DNA of 64,000 nucleotides from Capsulimonadales bacterium (GTDB taxonomy: Bacteria; Armatimonadota; Armatimonadia; Armatimonadales; Armatimonadaceae), in contig JANRLW010000085.1 in NCBI GenBank assembly GCA_033762295.1, positions 10,604 to 74,603 of the forward strand, written 5' to 3'. Below, one piece after another: positions 32,727-42,127 of the stretch. The stretch's first letter is position 1. Every line of letters starts with the position of its first letter. The position numbers were made by a program, and so were the translations under genes. The notes under the pieces were generated by a model that did no database searches, was not told where the DNA came from, and saw only the letters and a list, made by a program, of their open reading frames with translations.

Positions 32727-34694
32727 ATGAACGACTCTTCCTGGCATTCCGGCAGACAGCGTCAGGCGCGCCTCCTTCTCTGGTGCCTGGTTCTGATCGG
32801 CGTCCTCGCGGCCCTGGTCGGGACGGCGCGTCGCTGGCAGGCGGAAAGCCGCAATCGCAAGGTCGAGATCACCCTCGATTTCGCCGAGGTCGAAAAGCTC
32901 GCCGAGGCGGCGCATCAGCCGCTCGACGAGGTTTTGCAACGTCTGCGCCGGGCGGGCGTTACCTCGGTCGCACTGCAGGAAGACACGCTGGCCCAGCTGG
33001 AGGAACAACGCTCCCTCGCCATCCTGCCCGCGCGAACGGGCCGGGCCGGCTTCCGGGTCGACCTGAGCGACGACCCCGCCGACCCGCTCCGCCGACGTCT
33101 GGCCACCATGGCGGAAGCGATACGGATCAAGTCCGGCGTGACGGTCGATCTGTCCCTCCGGAAATCCGGCGACCCGGAGATCGACGTCCCCTATGCGCAG
33201 GTTCGCAGCATCGGCCTGGGACTCGACCCGGCGCAGGTCGAGCAGATTCGACGGGCAGGACTCGACGTGGTGGGCCGGATCGCCAACTACAACGGCGTAC
33301 TGCCGGAGGGGATCGCCTGGTCCCTGGGGCAATTGAAGTCGCTGAACCTCCGGACGGTGATCTTCTCGGGCGACGAAATGCTCGGGTACAAGGGTTACCT
33401 GACCGAGGTTCCGCCCTATCCGACCGGAGATTCCACCGCCGCACTCCTCGTCAAGAACGATCTGAACCTCGGGATCGTCGAGTTCGGCAAGCAGAAGGGG
33501 GAAGCGGCTCTGGCGAAAGTCGCTCAGGAACGGGTGATCCGGGTTCATACCGTAACCGGCGCGGAGATGGCGCAGGCCGATATCCCGACCAATCTGCAGC
33601 GATTCCTGCTGGGCGCGCGGGAACGAAACATCCGCCTGCTCTATGTCCGGCTCTTTCCCGATGAAAAATCGCTCGTGGAAGCGAACGCGACCTATATCGA
33701 ACAGATCGTGGCCGGACTTGATCGCGGCGGTCTGGCGGTCGGACCGGCGCATGGCTACGCCCCGCTGACAACGCCGTCCTATCTTCGCGCTCTGATCGGT
33801 CTGGGGTTGGCCGCCGGGTTTCTTCTCCTGATCGACAGTCTCACCGGAGTTTTTGCCGGGACCGCTCCGCGCGGTCTCCTCGCCGCCTCCGTCGTCGGCG
33901 CGATCGTCCTCTGTCCGTTGCCGGTCGCCGGGGAAACCGGAGCGAAACTCGCCGCGCTTGTCGCCGGCTGCCTCTTTCCGACGCTCGCCGTGCTCAACGT
34001 CGACCCTCTGCGTCCGAGTCCGGAACGCAACCGGGTCGCCGTGGCCCTGGCACGGTTCGCCGCCATGTGCGCGATCACCGGTGCCGGGATTCTGGCGGTC
34101 GTGGGGTTGCTGGCCGACCGGCTCTACCTGATCAAGGCGGAGACGTTCCTCGGGGTCAAAGCGACGTTGATCGTTCCGCTTCTGGTGGTGACGGTGGTCT
34201 GCGCTCTGGGCCTGCGGGCGCGCGCCAACCGAACGTTCGCCGAATGCCTCAGCGACGCCCGGGGATATCTGACGGATCTGGCGATGAAGCCGGTCTTCGT
34301 CTGGCAGGTCCTGCTGACGGGCGTCTCTCTGGCCGCGGTCGCGCTGATTCTGTTGCGATCGGGCAACGATCCCGGCATCGGTATCTCTCCGATGGAGTTG
34401 AAACTGCGCTCGCTCCTGGACTCTCTTCTGTACGCACGTCCGCGATTCAAGGAGATGTTCGGGCATGGCGTCCTTCTGCTCGGGTTGCTGAACGCCGCCG
34501 AGGGACGTCGTCACTGGGCGCTGCCGCTGGTAATCATCGGCACGGTCGGACAGGCCTCCCTGTTGAACACGTTCTGTCATCTGCACACACCGCTGGTCGT
34601 CGGTCTCTGGCGTGCCGTTCTCGGCATCGCGATCGGCGTGGTCGGCGGTCTGTTCGTCCATTTCGCGCTTCGGCTGGCGCGCCTTCGATCGTAA
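32727..34694 (+). CDS. DUF5693 family membrane protein
   Basis: N-terminal TM, ARERNIRLLYVR, FLGVK, RSGND, RPRFKE..GH, GQASLLNTFCHLHTP. Confidence 0.85.
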   Translation: MNDSSWHSGRQRQARLLLWCLVLIGVLAALVGTARRWQAESRNRKVEITLDFAEVEKLAEAAHQPLDEVLQRLRRAGVTSVALQEDTLAQLEEQRSLAILPARTGRAGFRVDLSDDPADPLRRRLATMAEAIRIKSGVTVDLSLRKSGDPEIDVPYAQVRSIGLGLDPAQVEQIRRAGLDVVGRIANYNGVLPEGIAWSLGQLKSLNLRTVIFSGDEMLGYKGYLTEVPPYPTGDSTAALLVKNDLNLGIVEFGKQKGEAALAKVAQERVIRVHTVTGAEMAQADIPTNLQRFLLGARERNIRLLYVRLFPDEKSLVEANATYIEQIVAGLDRGGLAVGPAHGYAPLTTPSYLRALIGLGLAAGFLLLIDSLTGVFAGTAPRGLLAASVVGAIVLCPLPVAGETGAKLAALVAGCLFPTLAVLNVDPLRPSPERNRVAVALARFAAMCAITGAGILAVVGLLADRLYLIKAETFLGVKATLIVPLLVVTVVCALGLRARANRTFAECLSDARGYLTDLAMKPVFVWQVLLTGVSLAAVALILLRSGNDPGIGISPMELKLRSLLDSLLYARPRFKEMFGHGVLLLGLLNAAEGRRHWALPLVIIGTVGQASLLNTFCHLHTPLVVGLWRAVLGIAIGVVGGLFVHFALRLARLRS

Positions 34695-34698
34695 CTTT

Positions 34699-35763
34699 AT
34701 GTCCCGAACGTCTCGACCCGCACTTCGCGCCGCGATTCTCGGCTACTATGGCTTCGGCAACCTGGGAGATGAGGCCGTGCTGGCCGGAATCCGCCGCGCC
34801 CTCGGCCACCACTTCGACCTCGATCTGCTGGTGCTGACGAACGACCCGGAAGGCACGCCCCTCCTGCATCCGGGCGTCCGCGCCGTCAGCCGCTGGCAGT
34901 GGCGCGCGGTCGCCGATTCGCTTCGTGATACGGAACTGTTCGTGCTGGGAGGCGGCAGCCTTTTGCAGGATGCCACCAGCGTGAAATCGGTGCTCTGGTA
35001 TGTCCTGATGGCGCTGATCGCCCGCCGACGCGCGCGCCGGGTGCTCTGGTGGGGTCAGGGCGTCGGCCCCCTGAACCACCCGCTCTCCCGGCAGGCCGTC
35101 CGTCTGATCGGCAATCAGGCCGACGCGATCACGGTGCGGGACGAAAACTCCGCGCGGTTATTGAAGGAGATCGGCGTGAATCGGTCTATATATGCGGTCG
35201 CCGACCCCGCCTTCGCCCTGGAACCGGATTCCGGGGCCGATAACCCTTCCCCTGCCGTCTGGTTCGCCCTGCGCCACTGGAAAGAGGATATCGTCGGCCG
35301 GGTTCTGGCCGGAGATGCTTTAAAACTGACGTCGGCACGACCGGAAGAGGCGCTCGCTCTGCCGATGCATCTTCCGGAAGATGCCGAATATATGGAACGG
35401 GTCCTGCCCGGAACGCCGCAGGAACGCTGGCAGAACGGGAACGGAAGGATCGAACGGACGCTCTCCCGCGTGGCCGGGGCGCGACTGATGGTGGCGATGC
35501 GCCTCCATGCCCTGATTTTCGCCGCCCGGTGCGGCGTCCCGTTCGTCGCGATCTCCTACGATCCGAAGGTGGACGCTCTGGCACGGGACGCCGGACAGGA
35601 GGATTGTTTGCTGTCGTTGAACAATCTCACCGCAGAGGAGATCGTTGAGACCATGCGGCGAACGCTGGAAACGGCGGAGGGACGGCGAACGCGCTTGCGG
35701 GAGTTCGCGGCCGACCGCCGGGAAAAGGCAAACGAACCGGCGCGCATCGCGGCGGGTCTTTGA
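34699..35763 (+). CDS. csaB: Polysaccharide pyruvyl transferase CsaB
   Basis: GYYGFGNLGDEA, GGGSLLQDATS, QGVGPL, VRDENS, MRLHALIFA, SYDPKV. Confidence 0.93.
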   Translation: MSRTSRPALRAAILGYYGFGNLGDEAVLAGIRRALGHHFDLDLLVLTNDPEGTPLLHPGVRAVSRWQWRAVADSLRDTELFVLGGGSLLQDATSVKSVLWYVLMALIARRRARRVLWWGQGVGPLNHPLSRQAVRLIGNQADAITVRDENSARLLKEIGVNRSIYAVADPAFALEPDSGADNPSPAVWFALRHWKEDIVGRVLAGDALKLTSARPEEALALPMHLPEDAEYMERVLPGTPQERWQNGNGRIERTLSRVAGARLMVAMRLHALIFAARCGVPFVAISYDPKVDALARDAGQEDCLLSLNNLTAEEIVETMRRTLETAEGRRTRLREFAADRREKANEPARIAAGL

Positions 35764-35816
35764 CCGGAAGGCACAACGGCAACACGTCGATGACAGGCAA
35801 CATGACTACGAGGACC

Positions 35817-38800
35817 ATGCGACCGCGCATCGCACCGACCGCGCCCACGCTCACCGTCACGGGGGCCCTGGCCCTGATGGGGGGCAAAGGGACCGTTCCC
35901 GCTCGGGCGCAGGACTCCCCTCCGCCCGTCCCCGCGCCGACACCGTCCCCGGTTCCGACACCCTCCCCGACCCCCACGCCCTCCCCGACCCCCGCGGAGC
36001 CGTCACGGAACGACAAACCGTCCTCGGGGTCCAAGAAATCGAACCGGAAAAACGGGAATGAACGTAACCCATCGGATTCCGGGAACGACGAATCCCAGTA
36101 TGTTCCGGAGCGGATGAAAGGCACCGCCGAACGGTTGTTCGGCCCGCTCTTCCGTGAGATCACGCTTACCGGTAACTTTTCCACCCGGTTTCAGCAGAAC
36201 TCGGTCAACGGGACGCGCGATGGCAGCGAGCGGTTCGCCGATCAGAACCTGAACAATCCGGACTACCGGAATGTCGGTCCGTTCCAGAACAACGTCGATA
36301 TGACGGTTCAGGGGCGTATCTTCAACGCGTTCTCGGTCAACGCGCATCTCTCCAACTCACGATTCGGGAACTACGTCAACCAGGCGTTCTCCTTCGACTA
36401 CAAGAACCGTGATAACACGACCCGGGTCAATCTGGGGAATGTCAACGCGACCCTTCCGGGGAACGAGTTCGTCCAGTTTTCCCGCTCGGTGCAGGGAGTT
36501 CGCTTCGAGCGTGTCGGAAAGATCCGGTCGCGTTCTCTCGTCACGGAATCCCCGATTCTCTTCGCCTTTCCGGCGTATACCGGACCGATGACCCGCGCCT
36601 GGTGGGACTGGTCGCCGGACGTCCTGCAGCCCGGGCGGCGCGTCTCGGCGGAGACGGCCGAACCGCCCGCAGTCACCGCCTTTGCGACCGATCCGAACGC
36701 CGCCGGTCCCTCCTCGCTCGAAAGTAGCGCCGCCGATTTCGGCGTCCTGCCCGACGAGAACGCGTCCTTCGGCAACGGTGCCGTTCCAACGCAGGATAAT
36801 CGGCTCCGGAACGACGGATTCGGCAATAACGGATTTTCGAACAACGGATTCCGCGGAAACCGTCCGCCGATAAACGCGAACGGTCGCCGCTCCTCCCAGG
36901 TCAACGGTCTCCCGCCCGGTAGCGGCAACGGCGGTCCGTCGGATATCTCCGGCCTCGCTGCGGCCGCCCCGTTCGTCGGGGGTAAGGGGGACTGGTCGAT
37001 TCGGACACAGGGAATCGCCTCGCTGACACGCGCCCTGACCCGACGCGGTTCGTTCCGGGGCACCGGCACCTCCGGGCCCTACTTCCTGAACGCCGGTTCG
37101 CTGATCGAGGGTTCGGAGCGAGTCCAGCTCAACGGGAACGATCTGGAATCCGGCGTCGACTACCGGATCGATTACCTTCTCGGTCAGATCACGTTTCTGA
37201 ACGGTCGCCTGATCAATCAGGAAGATACCGTTAACTTCACCTACGAATCCCAGAACTTCAACACCACTCCGGGCCTGCTGACCGGAACCCGTGTCGATGT
37301 CAGCGACCCGCGCGGCAACCTGTACGGAATCACCTACCTGCAGCAGAAGGCGACGGGACAGCGAATCCGGAACGGTCTCCTGATCGAACGGATGCCGGTT
37401 CTGGCCGATACCGCCTACCGGTACACTTTGTCCTCCCTGATCGATCCGGCGCACCCGGTCGAGATCAAATGGTTCAATCGCGTTCTGGTCGAGGGGGTCG
37501 ACTATATTCTGAACCGGGACCTGCGGTATTTCCAGTTGATCACCACCGCCCTCCCGCCCGATAACGCCGCCACCTACAACGGCATCCCCTCGCTGACCAT
37601 CACCTACCGTCCGCAACGGCAGAACTCCCTTTCCGGAGATCGTTCGGTCATGGGGTTCGATTCGACCTACCGGTTGACGAAAAACGGGACGATGTCGCTG
37701 AATATCGGGCGCAGCCAGGGGGAAACCGCCCAGCAGAGCGGACAGGCGGTCTCGATGCGCACCAGCTGGACCGGAGGCGGGCGGAACAACCGCAACACAT
37801 GGCGTCTCACCTTCGGCGGGCGTCAGGTCGGCGAGACGTTCTCCTCCATCGATTCGACCGCGAACGCCTTCCTGCAACCGGAGCGCAGTTTCAATACCGG
37901 GATTCAGTTCTCTCCGACGCCGGAATACACGCTGAGTACGTCGCTGACCCGGGGAAGCGTCGGCACCCGGAACTTCACCGGCACGACGACCGCCGCGGGA
38001 AACGCTCTGCAATGGGCGACGAATCAGAGCTGGGATCTGCGCGCTTCGATTCGCAAGCCCGGCCTGCCGATGGTAACGTTCGCCCATCAGCAGACGACCC
38101 AGGCCGGCAACGGCAGCACCAATGCGCTGGCGACGACCAATATCGAAGCCGGATGGCAGGCCAGCTCGCAGATTCGTCTGGATGCCGGTCTGTCGCGAAC
38201 AGGCTCGCGCGGCCGCAGCATCTACGCCGTCGCCTACAACAACAGCGTCACTCCGGCCGGTAACACGGGCAGCACGATCATCGATCAGCTTCAGGACGGG
38301 TCCGGCAGCCGCACTATCACCAACTCGACGGCGGACAACATGCGGTTCGCCCTCACCTATACGCCGAAATCCTGGCTCAGTTTCGGAAGCAACGTCGGTC
38401 TTTCTCGCTCCCGCTCCGGCACCGGTTCCTATAACTCGCGCTCGACCGGCATGAGCGTGACCGCCTCGCCGACGCAGACCTTTTCGCTGAACGCCTCCCT
38501 GACCGATGCCGCCAACGGCCAGAGCACCGCCGGCTTCTACAATCCCGGATCGACCGGCAGCAGTTCGATCATTCCGACCAACTCCGCCGGACAGCGCACG
38601 CGCAACACCAGTTTCGGATTCACCTACTCGCCGTCGAATCGACTTTCCGGCCAGTTCAACCTGCTTCGAAGCCTGTCCCTGGTCCCCGGATACGACAATA
38701 CGGAAACGAGCGGCTACGACTGGAACATCAGCGCCGCGCCGCATGAACGATGGCAGATGGGTTTGACCGGTTCCCAGCAGGGATCGACCTACGTCGGCGG

Positions 38801-39311
38801 GCAGGGCAACTCCACCAACCGCTCACTGACGCTGAACGTCGGCGCGGGCCCCTTCGGGCGCATGCGGTTCGATACCGCGTTGGCGCACATGAACTTCGGT
38901 TCGGCCTCCTATTTCGGGACCGGGACCAACGGCGGAACCCCCGGTACGCGGGCGAACGCGGCCGTCAGCCGTAACACGACACTCCCGGTCGGAACCACCG
39001 GGTTCCTTCAGGCCGGAAGCAACCTCTCCTGGAGCTTCAATACGAGCTACGCCCTGGGCAGCCGGTATAATCTCGTCGGGAACTGGCAATCCCTCAATCA
39101 ATCGTCGCCGACGGCGGCCGATGCGTCCGCCGCCAGCCGAGCGGGCACCAACTTCTTCCAGGGACAGGGAAGCATCGGTTTCGATGTCAGCCTGACGGAA
39201 ATTCTCGGTTTCACGGTCCGGTTCAACTACATCAGCCTGCGCGACCGGGATGACTCGCGCTACTCGTATCGGGCACGGATGCTCACGGCGGACCTGACCG
39301 GCCATTTTTAA
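35817..39311 (+). CDS. Large outer-membrane beta-barrel protein with SprA-like inserted domains
   Basis: Signal peptide (ARA|QD), PT/PS linker, many amphipathic strands, GSERVQLNG..LESGVDYRIDYLLGQITF, C-terminal Phe. Start could be 35790, 35802 or 35817. Confidence 0.75.
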   Translation: MRPRIAPTAPTLTVTGALALMGGKGTVPARAQDSPPPVPAPTPSPVPTPSPTPTPSPTPAEPSRNDKPSSGSKKSNRKNGNERNPSDSGNDESQYVPERMKGTAERLFGPLFREITLTGNFSTRFQQNSVNGTRDGSERFADQNLNNPDYRNVGPFQNNVDMTVQGRIFNAFSVNAHLSNSRFGNYVNQAFSFDYKNRDNTTRVNLGNVNATLPGNEFVQFSRSVQGVRFERVGKIRSRSLVTESPILFAFPAYTGPMTRAWWDWSPDVLQPGRRVSAETAEPPAVTAFATDPNAAGPSSLESSAADFGVLPDENASFGNGAVPTQDNRLRNDGFGNNGFSNNGFRGNRPPINANGRRSSQVNGLPPGSGNGGPSDISGLAAAAPFVGGKGDWSIRTQGIASLTRALTRRGSFRGTGTSGPYFLNAGSLIEGSERVQLNGNDLESGVDYRIDYLLGQITFLNGRLINQEDTVNFTYESQNFNTTPGLLTGTRVDVSDPRGNLYGITYLQQKATGQRIRNGLLIERMPVLADTAYRYTLSSLIDPAHPVEIKWFNRVLVEGVDYILNRDLRYFQLITTALPPDNAATYNGIPSLTITYRPQRQNSLSGDRSVMGFDSTYRLTKNGTMSLNIGRSQGETAQQSGQAVSMRTSWTGGGRNNRNTWRLTFGGRQVGETFSSIDSTANAFLQPERSFNTGIQFSPTPEYTLSTSLTRGSVGTRNFTGTTTAAGNALQWATNQSWDLRASIRKPGLPMVTFAHQQTTQAGNGSTNALATTNIEAGWQASSQIRLDAGLSRTGSRGRSIYAVAYNNSVTPAGNTGSTIIDQLQDGSGSRTITNSTADNMRFALTYTPKSWLSFGSNVGLSRSRSGTGSYNSRSTGMSVTASPTQTFSLNASLTDAANGQSTAGFYNPGSTGSSSIIPTNSAGQRTRNTSFGFTYSPSNRLSGQFNLLRSLSLVPGYDNTETSGYDWNISAAPHERWQMGLTGSQQGSTYVGGQGNSTNRSLTLNVGAGPFGRMRFDTALAHMNFGSASYFGTGTNGGTPGTRANAAVSRNTTLPVGTTGFLQAGSNLSWSFNTSYALGSRYNLVGNWQSLNQSSPTAADASAASRAGTNFFQGQGSIGFDVSLTEILGFTVRFNYISLRDRDDSRYSYRARMLTADLTGHF

Positions 39312-39365
39312 TCGTTATCGCCACTCACCCTGTGTGCCCCCGCGCCAACCGCCGTACAATGGAAC

Positions 39366-39755
39366 ATGGACCCGGTCGAGACGCTGCGCTCATTGAACTC
39401 CCCGATCCTGCCCTGCCGAAGGCAGCTGCAGGAGATCGGTATCCCGAACGATGACCTTTCCGAAGAGGAGGTCAAATCGGTGTACATTCACGCCGTCGCC
39501 GAGGGTCTGATTCCGATCTATCGTCTGAACGACCTGCCACGGGAGCTGCGGCTCGAACTTGTCGGTCTCCACTGTCAGAAGAACGGCCTCCGGTTTGTCT
39601 CCGTCCGTCGCTGGGCAAGGGAGATCATCCGCATCCTGCCCGCCTCCTCTTCCTCCTCGCCGATTCTGGAGCATTCGGACCACCCGTCCGAAACGCCGGG
39701 GAACTGTCCCCCCGCCTCACCGGCCGCACGCCAGGATACCGGCAATACCGTCTGA
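39366..39755 (+). CDS. Hypothetical protein
   Basis: ORF with TACAAT 5 nt before the ATG; no motif recognised. Confidence 0.6.
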   Translation: MDPVETLRSLNSPILPCRRQLQEIGIPNDDLSEEEVKSVYIHAVAEGLIPIYRLNDLPRELRLELVGLHCQKNGLRFVSVRRWAREIIRILPASSSSSPILEHSDHPSETPGNCPPASPAARQDTGNTV

Positions 39756-39799
39756 CAACGGTTCCCCTAACGTCGGCATCCGAAAAAACCACAATGTAG

Positions 39800-42127
39800 G
39801 TGAACGGATCGATTCGAGTGCGGCGTACCACCCTTCTTGGCTTCTGCTTCGGCCTGTTGTTTCCGATCCTCGGAACGTTCCTGGAATGTCTCCGACGCGG
39901 AATGCTCTCCGTAAACGGCTTTCTGACCGTGCAGGCGGACACTCCGCTACTCTGGATCATCGATACCGCTCCTTTCATCCTCGCGGGAGCCGGTTACCTG
40001 ATCGTCTATGCCGCACCGGAAAACCGGGGAGATATCCGGCAGACCGGACGCGGTCTTCCCTCTCTGTTCGTCGGTATCGGTCTCCTGCCCGCCCTCCTTC
40101 TTTCGCTGGCGCTGGTCCGAAATCAGGATGCGGCGACCGCGATCACGGATTCCAATCGCTGCACCGCGCTTTCCATCACCGCCATGGAAGCCTACTTTTT
40201 CGCGCTGTCCGACGAATCCGGCAAGGTTCGTCTGGCGATCGGGGCGATGACGCAGGAACGCGAGGACCTGCGACGACGATACGCTCCGCTTCTTGCTCGA
40301 TCGGACGCTATCTGGGCCTCTTATGTTCGCCTGCTGGCACGTCCCGACGTCGACGCGGCCCTCCTGCGATCCGAACAAAACTGGCAGACGGTCGAAGCGC
40401 TGGTCGTCGCCTACCGCCATCTCGCCGGAGAGATCGAGACCCGCCAGCGGCGCATCCTCTCGGAAGCGAGCGCGGTCTTCGTCGCGGGACTGTTGATCTC
40501 CTTTGCCCTTCTTCCTTTCGGGATGGGGCTGATTCGGCGCGTCCGCCTGACGGAGAAGCAGTTGCGCGAGGAGCACGATCTGGTGGCCGCGATTCTCAAA
40601 ACGGCCGGCGCAATCATCGTCACGCTGGACGCCGAAGGCAGGGTACGCTCTTTGAACGAGGCTGGGGAACGGTTGACCGGCTTCGCCGCCGCAGATCGGA
40701 TCGGCCACCCGTTCGGTGAGTTGATGCGGACCCCGGAGGAGCGGGAGGCGACGGAACAGCGTTTTCTGCGCCTGAAAGCCGGAGACCCGATCGGGCAAAA
40801 TGAGGAGGACTGGACCGACCACCGGGGACAACGTCGACGGATCGCCTGGTCCGATACGGCGCTCAAAAACCCCGACGGCACGCTGCGACTTCTCATCTGC
40901 GCCGGAATCGATGTCACCGAACAACGGCAGGCCGAGGAGACGTTGCGACGAAGCGACGCCCGGTTGAACGAAGCGCAGAGGATCGCCCGAATCGGTTCCT
41001 GGGAGTACGATATCGTCGCCGATCGTATCACCTGGTCGGCGGAGATGTTCCGTCTGCTGGAATTCGCCCCTGCCGACGGCGAACCCGACCGCCACCGGCT
41101 CCTCGATCGTTACCACCCCGAGGATCGGGAAATGTTTCGATCCGTCTTCCGGCAGGCGATGCTGGACGGCGCTCCCTACGAAATCGAACTCCGCACGGTG
41201 AGCGAGGACGGAGACAACCGATGGTTTCGCGCCCGTGGCTACGGCGTTCGGGACGGGGCCGGCAAGGTCATCCGCCTGATCGGAACCGTGCAGGACGTGA
41301 CCGAGTATCGCCGGATTCAGGATGAACTTCGGCAGACCGCAAGCGATCTGGCCGATACCGCCGACCGCCTGCGGCGCAGCAACACCGCCCTTCAGGAGTT
41401 CACGGCGGTCGCCTCGCACGATCTTCGCAGTCCGCTACGGCAGATCCGCCATCAGGTGAAACAACTGAGTTCGGCGAAGAATGCCGACCCGACCGTCCGA
41501 CCCGAGCAGGCGGACCGACTCCGGAGGATCGATCGCGCCTGCGAGCGGATGCAGCACCTGATCGACAATCTTCTGGAACTGGCGCGTGTTACCGCCCGGG
41601 GTGAAACCGTGGTCCGTCGCCCGGTCGACCTGGCGCAGATTCTGGACGATGTCCGGATCGATCTGGGCGTCCGTTTACGCGAAACGGGCGGAACGATCGA
41701 AACCGGTCCTTTGCCCGTGTTTTACGGCGACCCCGCCCAGATTTACCGGTTGATGCTGAATCTGGTCGGTAACGGCTTGAAGTTTCATCGGGAGGGCATT
41801 CCGCCCCTGGTTCGGGTCGAACGCACGGCGAATTCCGACGGCGGTTGCGTCGGTTTCGTCGTCCGTGATAACGGCATCGGTTTTTCCGCGGAGGATGCCG
41901 GGCGCATCTTCAAGGCATTCGAGCGACTCGACAACCACGACCGGGAGGGTTCCGGTATCGGACTGTCGATCTGCCAACGGATCGTGGAAAACCATGGCGG
42001 CCGTATCAGCGTCCGCAGCGTCCCCGGTGAGGGCAGCGCGTTTACCATCGTCCTCCCGGGCGGCGACGGCTCGGAACGATTGCCGGACAACCTTCGGAGC
42101 GTTACGAACGCGGAAAACGAACGATAA
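39800..42127 (+). CDS. Membrane PAS-PAS sensor histidine kinase (HisKA)
   Basis: TM segments, two PAS/PAC domains, H-box ASHDLRSPLR, N-box NLVGNGLKF, DNGIG, GSGIGL. Confidence 0.92.
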   Translation: MNGSIRVRRTTLLGFCFGLLFPILGTFLECLRRGMLSVNGFLTVQADTPLLWIIDTAPFILAGAGYLIVYAAPENRGDIRQTGRGLPSLFVGIGLLPALLLSLALVRNQDAATAITDSNRCTALSITAMEAYFFALSDESGKVRLAIGAMTQEREDLRRRYAPLLARSDAIWASYVRLLARPDVDAALLRSEQNWQTVEALVVAYRHLAGEIETRQRRILSEASAVFVAGLLISFALLPFGMGLIRRVRLTEKQLREEHDLVAAILKTAGAIIVTLDAEGRVRSLNEAGERLTGFAAADRIGHPFGELMRTPEEREATEQRFLRLKAGDPIGQNEEDWTDHRGQRRRIAWSDTALKNPDGTLRLLICAGIDVTEQRQAEETLRRSDARLNEAQRIARIGSWEYDIVADRITWSAEMFRLLEFAPADGEPDRHRLLDRYHPEDREMFRSVFRQAMLDGAPYEIELRTVSEDGDNRWFRARGYGVRDGAGKVIRLIGTVQDVTEYRRIQDELRQTASDLADTADRLRRSNTALQEFTAVASHDLRSPLRQIRHQVKQLSSAKNADPTVRPEQADRLRRIDRACERMQHLIDNLLELARVTARGETVVRRPVDLAQILDDVRIDLGVRLRETGGTIETGPLPVFYGDPAQIYRLMLNLVGNGLKFHREGIPPLVRVERTANSDGGCVGFVVRDNGIGFSAEDAGRIFKAFERLDNHDREGSGIGLSICQRIVENHGGRISVRSVPGEGSAFTIVLPGGDGSERLPDNLRSVTNAENER

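Noticed and set aside
35920..36000. CCC-rich tandem repeats
   Set aside because: Encodes an ordinary PT/PS linker after the signal peptide.
35817..39311. Complete type IX secretion system
   Set aside because: Only an SprA-like motif; no porK/L/M/N/V homologues in the window, and the protein is much shorter than SprA.
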